Shown: in pieces, positions 12,740 to 25,937 of the stretch
Position numbering within the stretch: position 1 is the stretch's first letter
Layout of the letters: every line of letters begins with the position of its first letter
From: Mobula hypostoma
Lineage: Eukaryota
Assembly: GCF_963921235.1 (NCBI RefSeq)
Contig: NC_086097.1
Span: forward strand, 86,988,001-87,052,000
Length of the DNA stretch: 64,000 nucleotides
Reading direction: 5' to 3'
The notes under the pieces: model-generated
Seen by the model: only the letters and a program-made list of their open reading frames with translations
Databases searched by the model: none
What the model was told of the DNA's origin: nothing
Made by a program: the position numbers and the translations under genes

Positions 12740-12993
12740 AATGCTCCCACAATCAATGGACTCACTTTCAAGGACTCTTCATTCATATTTTCAATATTTG
12801 TTGCTTATTTATTTGTTACTACTATTTCTTTATTGTCTTTTGCACACTGGTTGAATTGGTGCGGTCCTTCATTGATTCTGTTATTGCTATTATTCTATCG
12901 ATTTATTGTGTATACCTGCAAGCATATCAATCTCAGAGTTGTAAATGATGACATACATGTACTTGGATGATAAATTTACTTTGAACTTTGAAC
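12740..12993 (+). mobile_element. Rex1-type LINE 3' end
   Basis: aatctcagagttgta...gataaatttactttgaactttgaac tail. Confidence 0.7.
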
Positions 12994-13019
12994 TTGGAAA
13001 CTCGTGCAGTCATTCCTCC

Positions 13020-13830
13020 TCAGAATCAGAATCAGATTCATTATCGCTGACTTGTATGATGTGAAATTTGTTGTTTGCAGCAGAAGTACAGTGCAAGACA
13101 TGAAAATTACAACATAAATAAATTGAGCAAAACACAGGAATAATGAGGTAGTGTTCATGGGTTCATGGATCATTCACAGATCTGATGGTGGAGGGGAAGA
13201 AGCTGTTCCTAAATTGCTGAGTGAGGGTCTTGAGGCTGTAGTACTTCCTCCCCAATGGTAGCAACAAGAAGTGGTTGTAGCTAACAAACCTCTACAGAGG
13301 TACTGTTGGAAGTGTCCTGACTGTTTGCATCATGGTCTTGCATGACAATTCATGTCTTATCGTCTTATTACCTTATGAGAGGAATGTGTCTGTAATGAAT
13401 TGGACAAAATGCACTGCTCTCTGCAGCTTCTTACAGTATCTGCTCATTGGAATTACCATGCAAGACCATGAAGCGAGCAGTCAGGATACCTACAACATAT
13501 TTGTAGAAGTTTATTAAATTGTTTGATGGCAGGCTAAACCTCCTGAACCTTTTAAAAAAGGAAAGAAGCTTGTGATTACATCTATGTCCTGTACCCTGGA
13601 AAGTCATCCGATATGTTAACAGCCAGGAATTCAATGCTGCCAATCCTCTCCATTGCCAATCATTCAATGGTGCTTGCTTGACTTCCTTCCCCTTCCAGAA
13701 GTTGACAATCAACTCTTTAGTTTTACTGATGTTGAATGAGAGGTTGATGTTGAGAAAGACAGCACCAGTCAACCAGGTGTTCTACCTCCTGTACACTATG
13801 ATTTGTCCAACGGTGATGTGCAGAGATCAA
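13020..13830 (-). mobile_element. Rex1/Babar LINE fragment
   Basis: NLSFNISKTKELIVNF motif and a (TTCTGA)n tail at 13020-13038. Confidence 0.8.
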
Positions 13831-14002
13831 ACCTGTCAAATCCTTTCTTAGTTTTCTTTTCATTTGAGTGTCATCTTTGTAAATTGTTCTCCTATTTTGT
13901 CCAGTGTTTCTGCCTTCAATTTCCTCTCAGACTTCACAGTTTGATCTGGCATGATCTTTTCTTTGGAAATTAGTACTAAAAATAATTTCTTTAAGTTTGA
14001 TT

Positions 14003-15065
14003 TCAAGTCAAGTCAAGTCACTTTTTATTGTCATTTCGACCATAACTGCTGGTACGGTACACAGTGAAAACGAGACAATGTTTTTCAGGACAATGGTGCT
14101 ACATGAAACAATACAAAAACTACACTGAACTACGTAAAACAACACAAAAACTACACTAGACCACAGACCTACTGCATAAAGTGCACAAAGCCATGCAGGC
14201 ATTACAATAAATAATAATAAACAAGTGTAGCCCCCTGGTAAGCCTCAGGCTCGCTCAGCTCGCTTCTATCTAAGGTGAGCAGCCTTCAGCCCCTCCAGAC
14301 TGGGTAATCAAGTTTGTGTGGATGCTGTGTGATGTACCCCACCCCGCCAAATAACAGACAATACACCATATTCAGTTAAATGATTATACTTTATAGATCT
14401 TACTGGGACTATGTAATTAATAGAAGTAAAATATAAAAGGAAAGTAAAAGGCGCCAAACTTATCAAAGTTCAACCACTTCGTGCACAATCGTTGGAGCTT
14501 AATTCCACCATGCGATCTCCTCCGACCCCCTCGACCCACCACCTGGGACCAACCACGGTGGTCGACCAGAGCATGTCCAGCATGTCCTTCCTCTTCGGTT
14601 CTCCTCCCGAAAACCCTGGGCCTCGGACTCCTGCTCAGGGTCCGTTCCATCGCCCAACTTACAGCATCATGTCTCCTCTCTCTGTCCCCATCGCGCCTTC
14701 TCCTCAAAGCCCATAAAAACAATAGCTTACAGATACACAAGAAAGAATAGCATCTATCCTAATTGGTTAGCAAATGAATACAATTCTCTCTATCAGTAAT
14801 TATAACCCAAACAAGCTGCAAGAGAGAAGCACTTTCTCAGCAGTTAACATAACAAAGAAGCCATTTTTATTAGCCTTAGCAGTAACATAAAAGGAGAAAC
14901 ACCTTACACAAGACAATAGGCACAGTGAAGGGCAGTAGGTTGGTGTTAGTCCAGGCTCCGGGTATTGAGAAGTCTGATGGCTTGGGGGAAGAAACTATTA
15001 CATAGTCTGGCCATGAGAGCCCGAATGCTTCGGTGCCTTTTGCTAAATGGCAAGAGGGCAGGAGA
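14003..15065 (-). mobile_element. Rex1-type LINE 3' end interrupted by a solo LTR
   Basis: (TGACT)n tail at 14003-14020; the sequence resumes after 14912. Confidence 0.7.
14226..14908 (-). mobile_element. Solo LTR, 683 bp
   Basis: TGTA...TACA termini, perfect 4-bp TSD CAAG (14222-14225 and 14909-14912), and a homologous copy at 56018-58065 in the opposite orientation. Confidence 0.9.
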
Positions 15066-16084
15066 TGGCCAGGCCCTTTCTATATCTAACTGTGATAAAC
15101 AAAACTAGATGGCAAATGATTAATTCCTAGAGCCTCGCAGGAGATTCTATAAACAATTTGGATGCTTATTAAATGTAAATTGTTTATAGAATACCTTGTA
15201 CCATTTAATATTTCCCGTTACGGACCGAACACTCAATGAAGTTCACACTGAAGGTTCACACTGACAGCTATATTTCACGTCATCTGCTTCTGGCAATCAA
15301 TCTGAGTGCCAACCCTCCTTATTTGTCACCTTTCTCTCCTCCCTCAATCTCTTTCATTATTCAGCTTCACATATACCGGTGTTTACTTCATCAACCTGAG
15401 GTACTCTTCTAGTGTCAAGGATACACATTGGCAGTTTTGATGTTACGTTTCAAGTTGTTACAAAAACTCTTATGACACTGTTTAAACTTGATCAGATAAG
15501 CTCTCCTGTTGCTTGTCAATCTGTGTTTCCTTTATCATTGTTGTATAGCCTGTTTTGGATAAGATGTTATTTCTTTAAAATGGATTTCCCTGCGATTATT
15601 TTGAAGAAGACAGCAAGGTTATTCCTTGTATTTATTCCTCCTTTGGTAGTACTAAAGCTGATTATCTCGTCATAAGGATATTTCTGTCTATGGGAAATGG
15701 TTTTAAACTAAATGAATGCAATATTTACAATGTGAAAATAGTGATTTCGCTTCAAACAGTTCTTCATTTAGCCATAAGTAAACACTTTTATATCTGACAC
15801 TGAGAATTTGCTGGTGTGTTTGCCTTCTTATGTAAACCACTGTTTGTTAAAGAATATGTAATGGATCAGAAAAGATGCTCTGTAATTTCAAATGTTTTCT
15901 TTTAAAATCTGGTGATACTGAACGTGCCAAAATAGACAGCTTTCATCTTTCCCTTGCTTGACTGAGGGGGCAGTCCTTAGATATAATAAACAGGAAGTGG
16001 CTCAGAGGCCAGTTGTTTCATACTTTTATCACAAATTGGTTGCTGAGAGATTTCCTAAATTAGTGAATTAGTAATTTGGTAAAT

Positions 16085-16445
16085 TTGTTAGTTAAATTCT
16101 AATATGTACAGAGGTACATTGAAAAACTTGTCTTGCATACCATTCATGCAGATCAATTCATGACAGGGTGCATTGAGGTAGTACCCTGAGTACCCCCTAC
16201 AAAATAAAGTGCAACAGGAACGGAGAAAGTACAATGCCGATAGACAGTATGGTGCAATGTCATAATGAGGAAGACTGTAAAGTCAAGACACCATCTTATA
16301 ATTCTGAGGAAGCATTCAATAGTTTTATAACATGGGATAGAAGCTATCCTTGAGCCTGATGATACGTGCTTTCAGGGTTTTGTATCTTCTGACCAATCTA
16401 AGGAGTGAGGAGAGTGAAATGTCTGGGGTGGGTGGCATCATTGTT
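16085..16445 (-). mobile_element. Rex1-type LINE 3' fragment, old
   Basis: agaagctatccttgagcctg...gctttcagg.ttttgtatcttctg resembles other Rex1 3' ends in the window. Confidence 0.6.
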
Positions 16446-16744
16446 TGTCAGCTTTGAAGGAGTTTAAACCAGCATAGGTATTATATGAAGTATTGTAATA
16501 ACAAAAAGTCTTTTCTGTATGATTTAAAACTGTCAGATGAAACCAGCAGCTGGCGGAGAGCATAGAGTGTTGCAGCTGACATGAGCACAGTTTTGCAGAA
16601 TAAATCATTCACACGATAGAAGCTATGTAGCGAGTGGAATTTCAGCAACCATCTGCAGGTCATCTCCAGTGTAATGTTTTCCTTAACAGCTCGATGGAGA
16701 GTAACACTAACACATCAGGCACAATATATTAAGAATGTAGATAT

Positions 16745-17970
16745 GAATATTGGAGTTATATTTGAGGACAACATGAAAAGTGGTTGTGTTATGGATAGCA
16801 AGAAATTTGTCTAAGGCTTACAACATAATATAGATCAGATGGAAAATTGGGAGGGGTATTGAGAATTTCACTTTAATTCCAACAAATGCCAGGTGTTGTA
16901 TTTTAAGAAGGCATTCAGGGGTAGGACATGCATATATAGCTGGGTGTAAAGGGACAGAGGAACCTTGGAGTTCAAGTACATGGTATAATGACAGTGCAGT
17001 GAACGTAATCAGGGTGATGAAGAAGTCATTTAAGCTGCTTTTCTTTATAGGTCAGGGAATTATGTTGCAACTTTATAAAATGCCAATTAGCATTGTGTGC
17101 ATAGTACGGGTGTGATTGCTTTGGAGAGAATGCACGAGGAGAGTCACCAGGATGTTACCTGGCTTGGAAGACACTAGTTATGGGGGGAGATTGGATAGAC
17201 TAGTATATTTTCCATGGAGTGAATGTGAACTGATGGAAATGTAAAGGATTATGAGCAGCATAGATAAATAGTCATTTTTTCCCCAGTGGTAAGGGCATCA
17301 AAAACAAAAGGGCATAGATCTCAGGTGAGAGGAAATTTGAGGAGAAAATATTTTGATACGAGTTTTTTGATATATTCAGAGTAGCTGATATCTGAACTAC
17401 ACCGTTTAAAGTTCAAATTTCAAAGTACATTTATTATCCAAGTATGTATACTTTATACAACCTTGAGATTAGTCTTCTTACAGGCAACCACAAAACAAAG
17501 GAACCCACTAGAACCCTGTCAAAAGAAGAAGACTGTCAAACACCCAATGTGCACAGAAAAAAACAACAAATCGTGCGAACATTAAAAGTAAGCAAATAGC
17601 ATTCAGAGCAAAAGTTCACAAAAGGGAGTCACAGACATGTAGGCAGGCATCAATGCAGCCGATTCAGAAGTCCGTTAGTTACAGGTCACAGCTTCAGTTC
17701 AGTGCAGAGATGAGTAAGCCTCATGGAACAGCGAGCTGAACCAACCCATCGTTCACCTCCAGCACCGATACCCTGACCTCTTCAATCTAGCCTGGCACCA
17801 GAGGAGGTAGCTTTATCAGAAAGTATTATTATGCTTAAGAGATATCTATACAGTACTTGGATAAGAAAGGCATAGAATGATATAGTGGTAATGCAGGCAA
17901 AAGGGATTAGTGCAGATGGGTGAAAAGGTTGCACGGATGTGGTTAGCCAAACGACCTGTTTCTGTAGAAC
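16745..17970 (+). mobile_element. Old CR1 LINE fragment with insertion at 17407-17800
   Basis: Degenerate FADDTK/FNxxKC region, tcaccaggatgttacctgg, aaacaaaagggcatag and a CR1 3' end. Confidence 0.75.
17407..17800 (-). mobile_element. Truncated copy of the non-coding Rex1-tailed element
   Basis: First about 110 bp closely match 19265-19380. Confidence 0.6.
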
Positions 17971-18431
17971 GTAATGATGTTAATAGAAGTTTTCCACTGC
18001 TGATTGCAGAGAGATGATCATTTTGAATGAATAGTGCCCATTTTAGAGAATCTTGTAATTTTTTTGACAACTGCTCATTCAGTTAGGACACTTCTGGAAA
18101 GGTCAAGAGAGGAATTTTTTTATTATTCATTTCCCAGGATTTTAGTGCCTCTTTAAAGGCCAGCATTTATTGACCATAGTGAATTGCTTCCTAATTACTG
18201 TACTTAAGACCTATGCATCTAAAATTGCAACTACCAATGAGGGAGTCATTAAAGTAATGGCTGCATATGAATTCTAGAAGCATAGAGATCTTACAGCATT
18301 GGAGGAAAGTTACAAAGGGCCAACACTAGAGAGAATTTAAAAACAAGAATGAGAATCTTAAAAGTGAGGCATTGCTGGACTGGGTATCAAAATGGGACAG
18401 CAAACGCAATGATAGTTTTTATATGAGCTTT

Positions 18432-18525
18432 TTGGATGATCAGCCATGATCATAATAAATGGCGGTGCAGGCTCGAAGGGCCGAATGGCCTACTCCTGCA
18501 CTTATTTTCTATGTTTCTATGTTTC
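18432..18525 (+). mobile_element. Very short young CR1 3' terminus
   Basis: gatcagccatgatc...ggctcgaagggccgaatggcctactcctgcac plus (TTTCTATG)n tail. Confidence 0.9.
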
Positions 18526-19264
18526 AGTTTCTCAGCATTAGAGGATGGGAAGCATTCCAAGAGAATATTGAAATTGTCAAATCTATAAATATTAAAGACA
18601 TGGATGAGCGTTTCATTTGCAGATAAATTGATGCGGGGGAAGAAGCTGGCGGTAACGTCGATATGTTATATTACATTTTGTAAAACATTGGATGAATGCC
18701 TGGAGGGTAAATTGACATTTTAACTTTTTCTGAATCCTTAGTATGAAGAGTCTGTATGACTGTTAGTGAGTAATGTTTATAAAGTGTTTGTACAAGGTAG
18801 GTCTGTTAATGTCTAATGTTTGCTGATAGCAGCTGGATTCTTTCTTAGTCTCAGGCACCATTGAAATGCAAATATCTATCAAGTTGACTTGATTGATTCT
18901 TTTTTGCTTTTGGGCTTATTGCTTAAAAGCAATATTAATGTTCTTTTGTAAATCATTCTAAAGGAATGTTGTGTTCAAAATATTGGTGGACTAATGGATA
19001 AGGAGTGGCCATTACAATGTCTAATTGATTTAAGAGGGTGTGCTGAACACTCTGTTGATGAACACAGGATGTGTTTGAAAGAAACCAGGTTGTGTTGAGA
19101 CAAAAGAACAAAGAGTTTGTCTATTTCTGGATCTCCCTGCCTTGCGAAGCTTGAAAGTATATTAGACTACCTTCCCTCGTTTCATCGGACTTTACCTGAG
19201 GGCCAGAAACTGCATTTGGTGTGAGGGACCCAGGTATGGTTTCATGAGGGGGTTGGAATTTTGG

Positions 19265-20045
19265 AGTTCAAAGTTCAAAGTTCAAAGTACATTTATTATC
19301 CAAGTATGTATACATTATACAAACTTGAAATCCATCTCCTTACAGGCAGAAATAAAACAAGAATCCCAAAAGAACCCATTAAAAAGGAATGGAGTAAAAT
19401 ATCATAGAGCTCGCAGTGGAGTAAAATATCATAGAGCTCGCAGATCCAAAGGGTGGAGCAGCAGGAGCAAACCCACTGCTTCAGTCTTCGTGCAACGAAG
19501 AGTGGAGCAAATATCACGGAGCGCCGAGCAGAACCTGCCCGATGCACCTTCCTGTCCTGACACCCTGACTTTTCAATCCACTCGGCCTGGCATTTAAATC
19601 ATTCAAGAACTGGGTGTTCTTCGCTCTCCCTATTGCATTGATACACTCTAGTCCTGGAATCCGCTGCTATGTTCCGGTACGTACCGGAGATTTCCAAATC
19701 AGCCCAGCGCTTAGATCAATCAAACCTCATTCTCAGTTTAGATGGGCGGGTTCTGAAATTCTTCCATTCTGACTTTTCTCCACTTCACATACCCCAACTC
19801 CATCTCAACCATGTCTTGAACTCGCTTTGACCACTTCTCCTTGCATGTGTCTCAACCTCACTCTGACTTTGCATCACACCTGCACACCTCGACCCTCGAG
19901 TAAGCCTTGCCTTCACTTGCCTCTTCATTATTTGTGGCGATCGTTTTTACAGAAAATGTGTTACTAATAAAGTATTTACTTGTATTTCTTGCTTTGGGAA
20001 CTGTTGGTAAGTTGTCACTTGTCTTGAGCAGCACCTCTTACCCCA
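19265..20045 (-). mobile_element. Non-coding Rex1-tailed element, apparently full length
   Basis: (TTTGAAC)3 tail, homology to 2868-4620 and 17407-17800, and an internal perfect 27-bp tandem duplication at 19390-19443. Confidence 0.6.
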
Positions 20046-21666
20046 GCAACAACGACAAGTAAGTGGTGACTAAGAATTGTGAGCCTTGAAATCTTTGCGG
20101 AAATGTTTTCATTTGCTATGTAGTATCTTGTGTGTTTTTTTGTGCTTTCTATTTTATGATTAAAGAAATAAGGCTACAGTTACTTTGTTGTGTTTGTATG
20201 TTTATTACCACATCTCCAGGACACTGGAATAGTTTGGGTCTGATCATTACAGTAGATCTAGAAGCAGAATCTATATGAATAGTGCACGGGACATATGACC
20301 ATTAGCTAATTATTGACCTGAGTGATGATATGGTGCTATCAAAGAGAAAGGAAATGCCTGTAGCTTACTTGTTTCTGTTTCTTCCAATGGCCCATATGAA
20401 CTGTTGAAAATAGCATCTTGCTGTTACAATTTTCCCAAAGTGGCAAGTTAAACAAAGGTGAATAATCAATAAAACTGTACCATATAACCTACAGTATAAT
20501 AAGGGACTACTTTATGTTTTAGTATCACGTCGTTGAATGCGCTATTAGGCACATACTGAGCATGCACTGCAGCTCTGCTAAATCTTATTTTGAAGTATAA
20601 AAACTATAAATAATAACAATAAAGCATCATATGTATTCAGACCTGAACTAAGGACGTGGGGAGAATAAAATGAGTTAAGTGTAAGATTAGTGTAAATAGA
20701 TTGTTGGTGGCTTTGGTCAGTTGGAGGGCCTCCTTCCATGCTCTGTGACTGTCTCTATGACTCTGTGCGGGTTAGAATTTGAAATATTTCCCAAATGATC
20801 GAAACTTCTGAGAGCACCCACTTCCAGGTATTAAATATTCTATAAACAACTTAAATTGGTAAAGTGGTTTATTATTGTCACATGTACAAAGATGCAATGA
20901 AAAACATTGTTTTGCACGCCATCCATACAGATCATTCCATCACATTAGTACATTGAGGGACTAAAAGGACGACAATAGCACATTGCAAAATAAAGTGTTA
21001 CAATTGCAAGAGAGATTACAATCGCAAGGTGAAGAAAGAACTTCCTAGGTGGGTGCAGTCTTTAGACCATCAGACCATATGACATAGGAGCAGAATTAGG
21101 ACATTCAGCCCATCGAGTGTGCTCCGCCATTCAGTCATGTCTTTGATTATATGTGCTGCTAGACCAAGGCAGCAAGAAATGTCAACAGAGCCCATGGAAG
21201 GGAGACTCGTTTCCATGATGTGCTGAGCTGTATCCACTACTTTCTGTAGTTTCCTGTGGTCATGCACAGTGCAGCTGCTACACCAAGTGGTGTTGCATCC
21301 AGGTAGGATGCTTTCTATAGTGCATTGTAAAAGGTGGTGAGGGTCAAAGGTAGAATGTCAAATTTCTTTAGCCTCCTGAGGAAGTAGAGGGAGCTGGTGA
21401 GCTTTCTCCTCTGTGACATCTGCATAGTTGGACCAAGAGTAGGTTATTGCTGCTGTTCACCCGTAGGAATTTGAAGCTTCAAACTCTCTCAGCCTCAGCA
21501 CTGCTGATGTGAACCGGAGCATGTGCACTACTCCTTCCTGAACCCAATGATCAGCTCTCTTGTTTTAATGACATTAAGGGAAAACTTTCTGACATTACAC
21601 CATGTCACAAGGCTCTCCATTACTCGTAAACTTGGCCCACTGTGGTATTGTCATTTAGAAACACGT

Positions 21667-22095
21667 TGTCACAGCCGCAGTCTCGGCTGCACTGCAGATT
21701 CGGCAATTGCGCTCGTGGGTATGCACGTGTCAGCTAATTATCATTTCATTATGGCAGTATTTAACTCCCTTCATTTTGTTGTAGCACTTGTCGAGACTTG
21801 AGCAAAGCACAACTATGTTATGTTGCCTTCTTGCTTTTGGCCTTGCCTGAGTAAGTGGACTATCGAGTTGACCGACGCTGAAGACGAATGGTATTCGTTT
21901 TATATTTAGATATTCCTTTCAGCCATGGTGTTGACATCTAGTTTTCAGTTTGAGAGTTTTAGTAAATGCCCGGTTTGGCCTAGCAGTTATTGTTTTCTTT
22001 TCCCTTAAAATCCTGTTTGTATTAAAGACTGAAAGCTATTGACCTGCTTCAGGGTCTCTCTCTCTGTACTTGGGCCAAATCCAAATATACTGACA
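21667..22095 (+). repeat. 5' LTR of chromovirus
   Basis: TGTCA...TGACA, TATTTAA at 21758, ATTAAA at 22021; aligns along its length with 25938-26357. Confidence 0.95.
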
Positions 22096-22096
22096 G

Positions 22097-22107
22097 CAAG
22101 TCTCAAC
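22097..22107 (+). other. Self-priming primer binding site
   Basis: CAAGTCTCAAC is 10/11 complementary to GTCGAGACTTG (21790-21800) at the predicted transcript 5' end. No TGG-type tRNA PBS is present. Confidence 0.7.
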
Positions 22108-23399
22108 CAACACAAAGGTGATGTACCCAGTAGGGAGAGAGCAGCTGACCTTGACCCTGAGATTCGTTGGTCAGGTAGGGGACAAGCTACAGGCAGTTGA
22201 ATCCGTTCTGGGTAAAGTTATAAAGCAATGAGGCAGGTAATCTTGTGCTGACAAGCCCAGTCTCATCTGGAGGAATAGGTATCATCCCTAGCCGCAACTG
22301 GTCAACAGCTCACCACAGACAATCGGAGTCAGGAGTCTGTGATTTCTGCTCTCACAGCCACCATCCATGAACTCACTGTGGACAGCCAGCGTCAGCTGAC
22401 AGCCATTAATGTTCTCACCAACGCAGTTCAGCAGCCTCTGGCCTTGTCAATCTCACTCCCAGCATCTCACAGGTCCTCCTTTTCTGCTGCCCCAACAACC
22501 TCTGCTACTAATGCTGCACTCCCGCGCCCAATCCAGAACTGACTCCCACTTTCGGACCAACACAGATACTGCATCCTTACAAGTAATACTAGTCCTTACA
22601 TCTATTGCACCACCGGGAAGATAATCCGGTGATCCTAATTTTATTACCCAGTGCGGGCTGACATTCCAAGCCCAGCGTGGGTGCTTTGGTGATGATGCGT
22701 GAAAACTGGCGGACACGGTCAATCTCCTAGATGGATTGCCACTCAGACTATTCAACACTTTACGAGAGCAAGGATAACCCGCAGCCCAGTCGTTCCGATA
22801 TTTCATTCCAGAGTTGAGGGTTTTTGACCAGTTTAGGGTCAGGAGGCTGCCCACCAACTCCTGGTCATGCACCGAGGCAAAGAGACAGTGAGGGCTTATG
22901 CATTCAAGTTCTGCACACTTGCAGTAGAGATGGGATAGAATGAGAGATCCTCATCACTGTTTTCCAGCAGACTGAATGCAGGGGTCTGGCATAAGATCGC
23001 CGTCTGGGACAAGCAGGATAGTCTGGATGACCTGATTAATCTGGCTATTTGAGTTGACGATCAGGTAATTGAGTGGTGCAGGGAAAGAATGACTCAAGCT
23101 TCCTATGCACTGTCTGATCACTGACATTCCTCACCCTCTCCCTCACTACACACCACCCAGTCCACAGAAAAGCCGATACAAGCAGGACGCATGGAACGGG
23201 ATGGGTGCAGGAGAACATGTTCCTGCCTCCATTGTGCTGATCCAGGACATTTCTGGGATTCATGTTCCAAGCGTCCAGTAAAAGAGAATACCCATCAGCA
23301 GAGAGGGGAGTCTTGAAGGGTCGGTTCCCTTTTGCAGTCAGCTTACCCTATTTGTGTAATGCTCGCAGCTTCCTTGTCGTGGGGGTCTTGGACCCATGA

Positions 23400-25895
23400 A
23401 CGTAAGACATTTATTGATTCTGGTGTAGCTGGGAATCTCATGCATATCTCTCAAAGATGGGGAGTTCTGACTCAGGAATAAAGAGAAAAGATCAACATCA
23501 AGGCCCTGGATGGTCGACAACTGAGCACAGGCCAGATCCACCTTTCCACCAAAACCCTCCAACTTGTGCTCAAAGGAAACCACAGTGAAGAACCTTACTT
23601 CTATCTGGTTGATTCACCTGAACTGCCACTGGTACTTGGGTCTCCCCTGGTTATCCCAACATAACCCACAGATTGATTGGTCTATTAAAGCACTCCAAGA
23701 GTGAGGACCAATATGCCTGTCTACCTGTCTGGTCCAGCTCAAGCTCCATTCCAAGAATCCCCTCCTATGTCAGCTAAAGATGTGGACCTGTCTGCGATCC
23801 TGGCTGACCTTCTTGAGACCTCTTCCCTATCTCCACACTGGCCATACGACTGCACCATAGACCTCCTACCCGGCACTTGTCCTCCCCAGGCCTGGCTCTT
23901 TTCCCTTTCTCGTCCTGAAACAGTGGCCATGGAAGAATACATCAAGGAGGCATTGACCATGGGGTTTATCTGTCTGTCAACCTCACCAGCAGGAGTGGGC
24001 TTCTTTTCTGTGAGCAAAAAAGAGGACAAGCTCCATCCCTGCATCAGTTATGGGCTCCTGAATAACATCATTGTGAAAAGCCACTCCCCTCTTCCCCTGT
24101 GGTATCTACATTCGAACATCTCCAAGGAGCAACCATATTTTCCAAAATTGATCTGCACAATGCTGGTTCATATGAAAGAAGGAGATGTGTGGAAGACAGT
24201 TTTCAACACTTCTAATGGCTGCTATGAGCACCTTGTGATGTCCTTTAGTCTGGCAATGCTGGCTGTCAAGGAGACCCTGAAGGAATGGCGACACTGGCTG
24301 GAGGGGGCAGAGCGTCCTTTCTTGGTTTTGACAGATCGCAAGAAACTCTTCTACATTCAGTATGCAGAGACTGAACTCTCATCAAGCACGGTGGGCTCTC
24401 TTCTCCCCCCGATTTCAGTTCATCCTCACTTATTGTCCCAACAGCAAGAATACCATGGCTGATGCTCTCTTTTGGCAGTTCAACAGATCGGAGGGCAATG
24501 CCGATCCTCAGCCCGTCATTCCTTGCTCATGCATTGCTGCTCTGGTGATTTGGGGAATAGAGGCTGTGGTGAGGACCGCCCAGCAGTTGTACCTAGGTTC
24601 GACTGGGGTAACCTCCAAACTGGCTGTTTGTCCCTGCTGCGATGCTCTTCGAAGTGTTGGAATGGGGGGGGGGGGTCACTCATCCCGTCTGGCTGGCCAT
24701 TCAGGAATTCAACGGACCCATGAGTTTATAAAGAGACAATTTTGGTGGCCATCTATGTCCTAGAATGTTCACGACTTTGTATCTGCCTGTCCCATCTGCA
24801 TTTAGAGCAAAGGGTCACACCAGTGTCCTGTGGGTCTGCAATATCTACTGCCTGTGCCGCACTGCTACTGGTCCCACCTCTCGGTGGATTTCATCACTGG
24901 GCTGCTCCATCTTATGGAAACACTACCATTTTGGTCATTGTGGGTTGCTTTTCCAAGGCCGACCTCTTCATTGCCCTCCCCAAGCTCCCATCAGCTCGTG
25001 AGACTGCCACGTGTGTTCAGCGTCCGCGGCCTTTCTCGAGACATTGTGTCTGATTGTGGACTACAGTTCTCTTCCTCCTTTTGGAAAGCTTTCTGCTGTC
25101 TTGTAGGAGCCGTGGCCAGCCCCTCATCCGGTTTCCACTCCCAATCCAATGGCCAGAGTGAAAGAGTGAATCAGGAGTTGGAGACAACCCTGCACTGCCT
25201 TGCCTCTTCCAACCCCATGTGTTGTGTCTCCTGACTGGTCTGGGCAGAGATCGCTCACAATAACCTCCAGTCATCCTCTACGGGTATGTCTCCCTTTGAA
25301 TGCCAGAAGGGATTCCAGCCCCTGCTCTACCCTGACCAGGAGATTGACGTAGGAGTTCCTGCTGCTGAACAGCTGATCCAGCACTACAAGTGCACTGGAG
25401 ATGAGCCAGGGCTTCTCTGCTGTGCGCCCAGAAACAACATGACTGGCAGGGTAATTGGCTTCGAAGACAGGTGAGGCCTTTCAAGCCAGGAGATGAGGCC
25501 TGGTTGGCCTCAAGGGATCTCTCCCTGAAAGTCGGGAGCTGCAAATTGGCTCCATGCTAGGTGGGTCCATTGAGTGGAAAAGGCTGTCAACAAGGTGTCA
25601 TGTAGATTGCATCTACCAGCATTACTGAAGATCCACCCATTATTCTGTGTTTCCCAGCTCAAACCGATCACTCTGGCCCCAGTCACCCCACCTTGTCTTC
25701 CTTCCCCCCTCCCCCAACCACTTGGTAGATGGCTTCCTGGTCTGTACTCTGTGGTGCCTCCTGGCATCTCACCAGGTATGTGGTAAGATCCAGTACATTG
25801 TGGATTGGGAAGGGTATGGTCCTGAAGAACATTCTTGGATACCGACGAAGGACATCTTGGACAAGTCACTCATCTGGGACTTCCAGCGGGCACAG
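23400..25895 (+). pseudogene. pol: Gypsy pol remnant (protease, partial RT/RNase H, integrase, chromodomain)
   Basis: FIDSGVAGN (PR); YDCTIDLLPG...STSPAGVGFF, EGDVWKT (RT); LKEWRHWLEG (RH); WSHLSVDFITGL, DIVSDCGLQF, HSQSNGQSERVNQ (IN); QYIVDWEGYGPEEHSWIP (chromodomain). Many frameshifts. Confidence 0.95.
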
Positions 25896-25937
25896 GTTTG
25901 TGGCACTTCAGGAGCCGCACCTAGGGAAGGGAGCCCC

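Noticed and set aside
12589..12948. Gly-rich 119-aa ORF
   Set aside because: Produced by a GGA microsatellite running into a Rex1 3' UTR.
15240..15258. AGTTCA/GGTTCA nuclear-receptor-like direct repeat
   Set aside because: The 7-nt spacer is non-canonical and is explained by a short local tandem duplication.
19390..19443. Perfect 27-bp tandem repeat
   Set aside because: Two units with no spacer inside a repeat; a simple duplication, not CRISPR-like.
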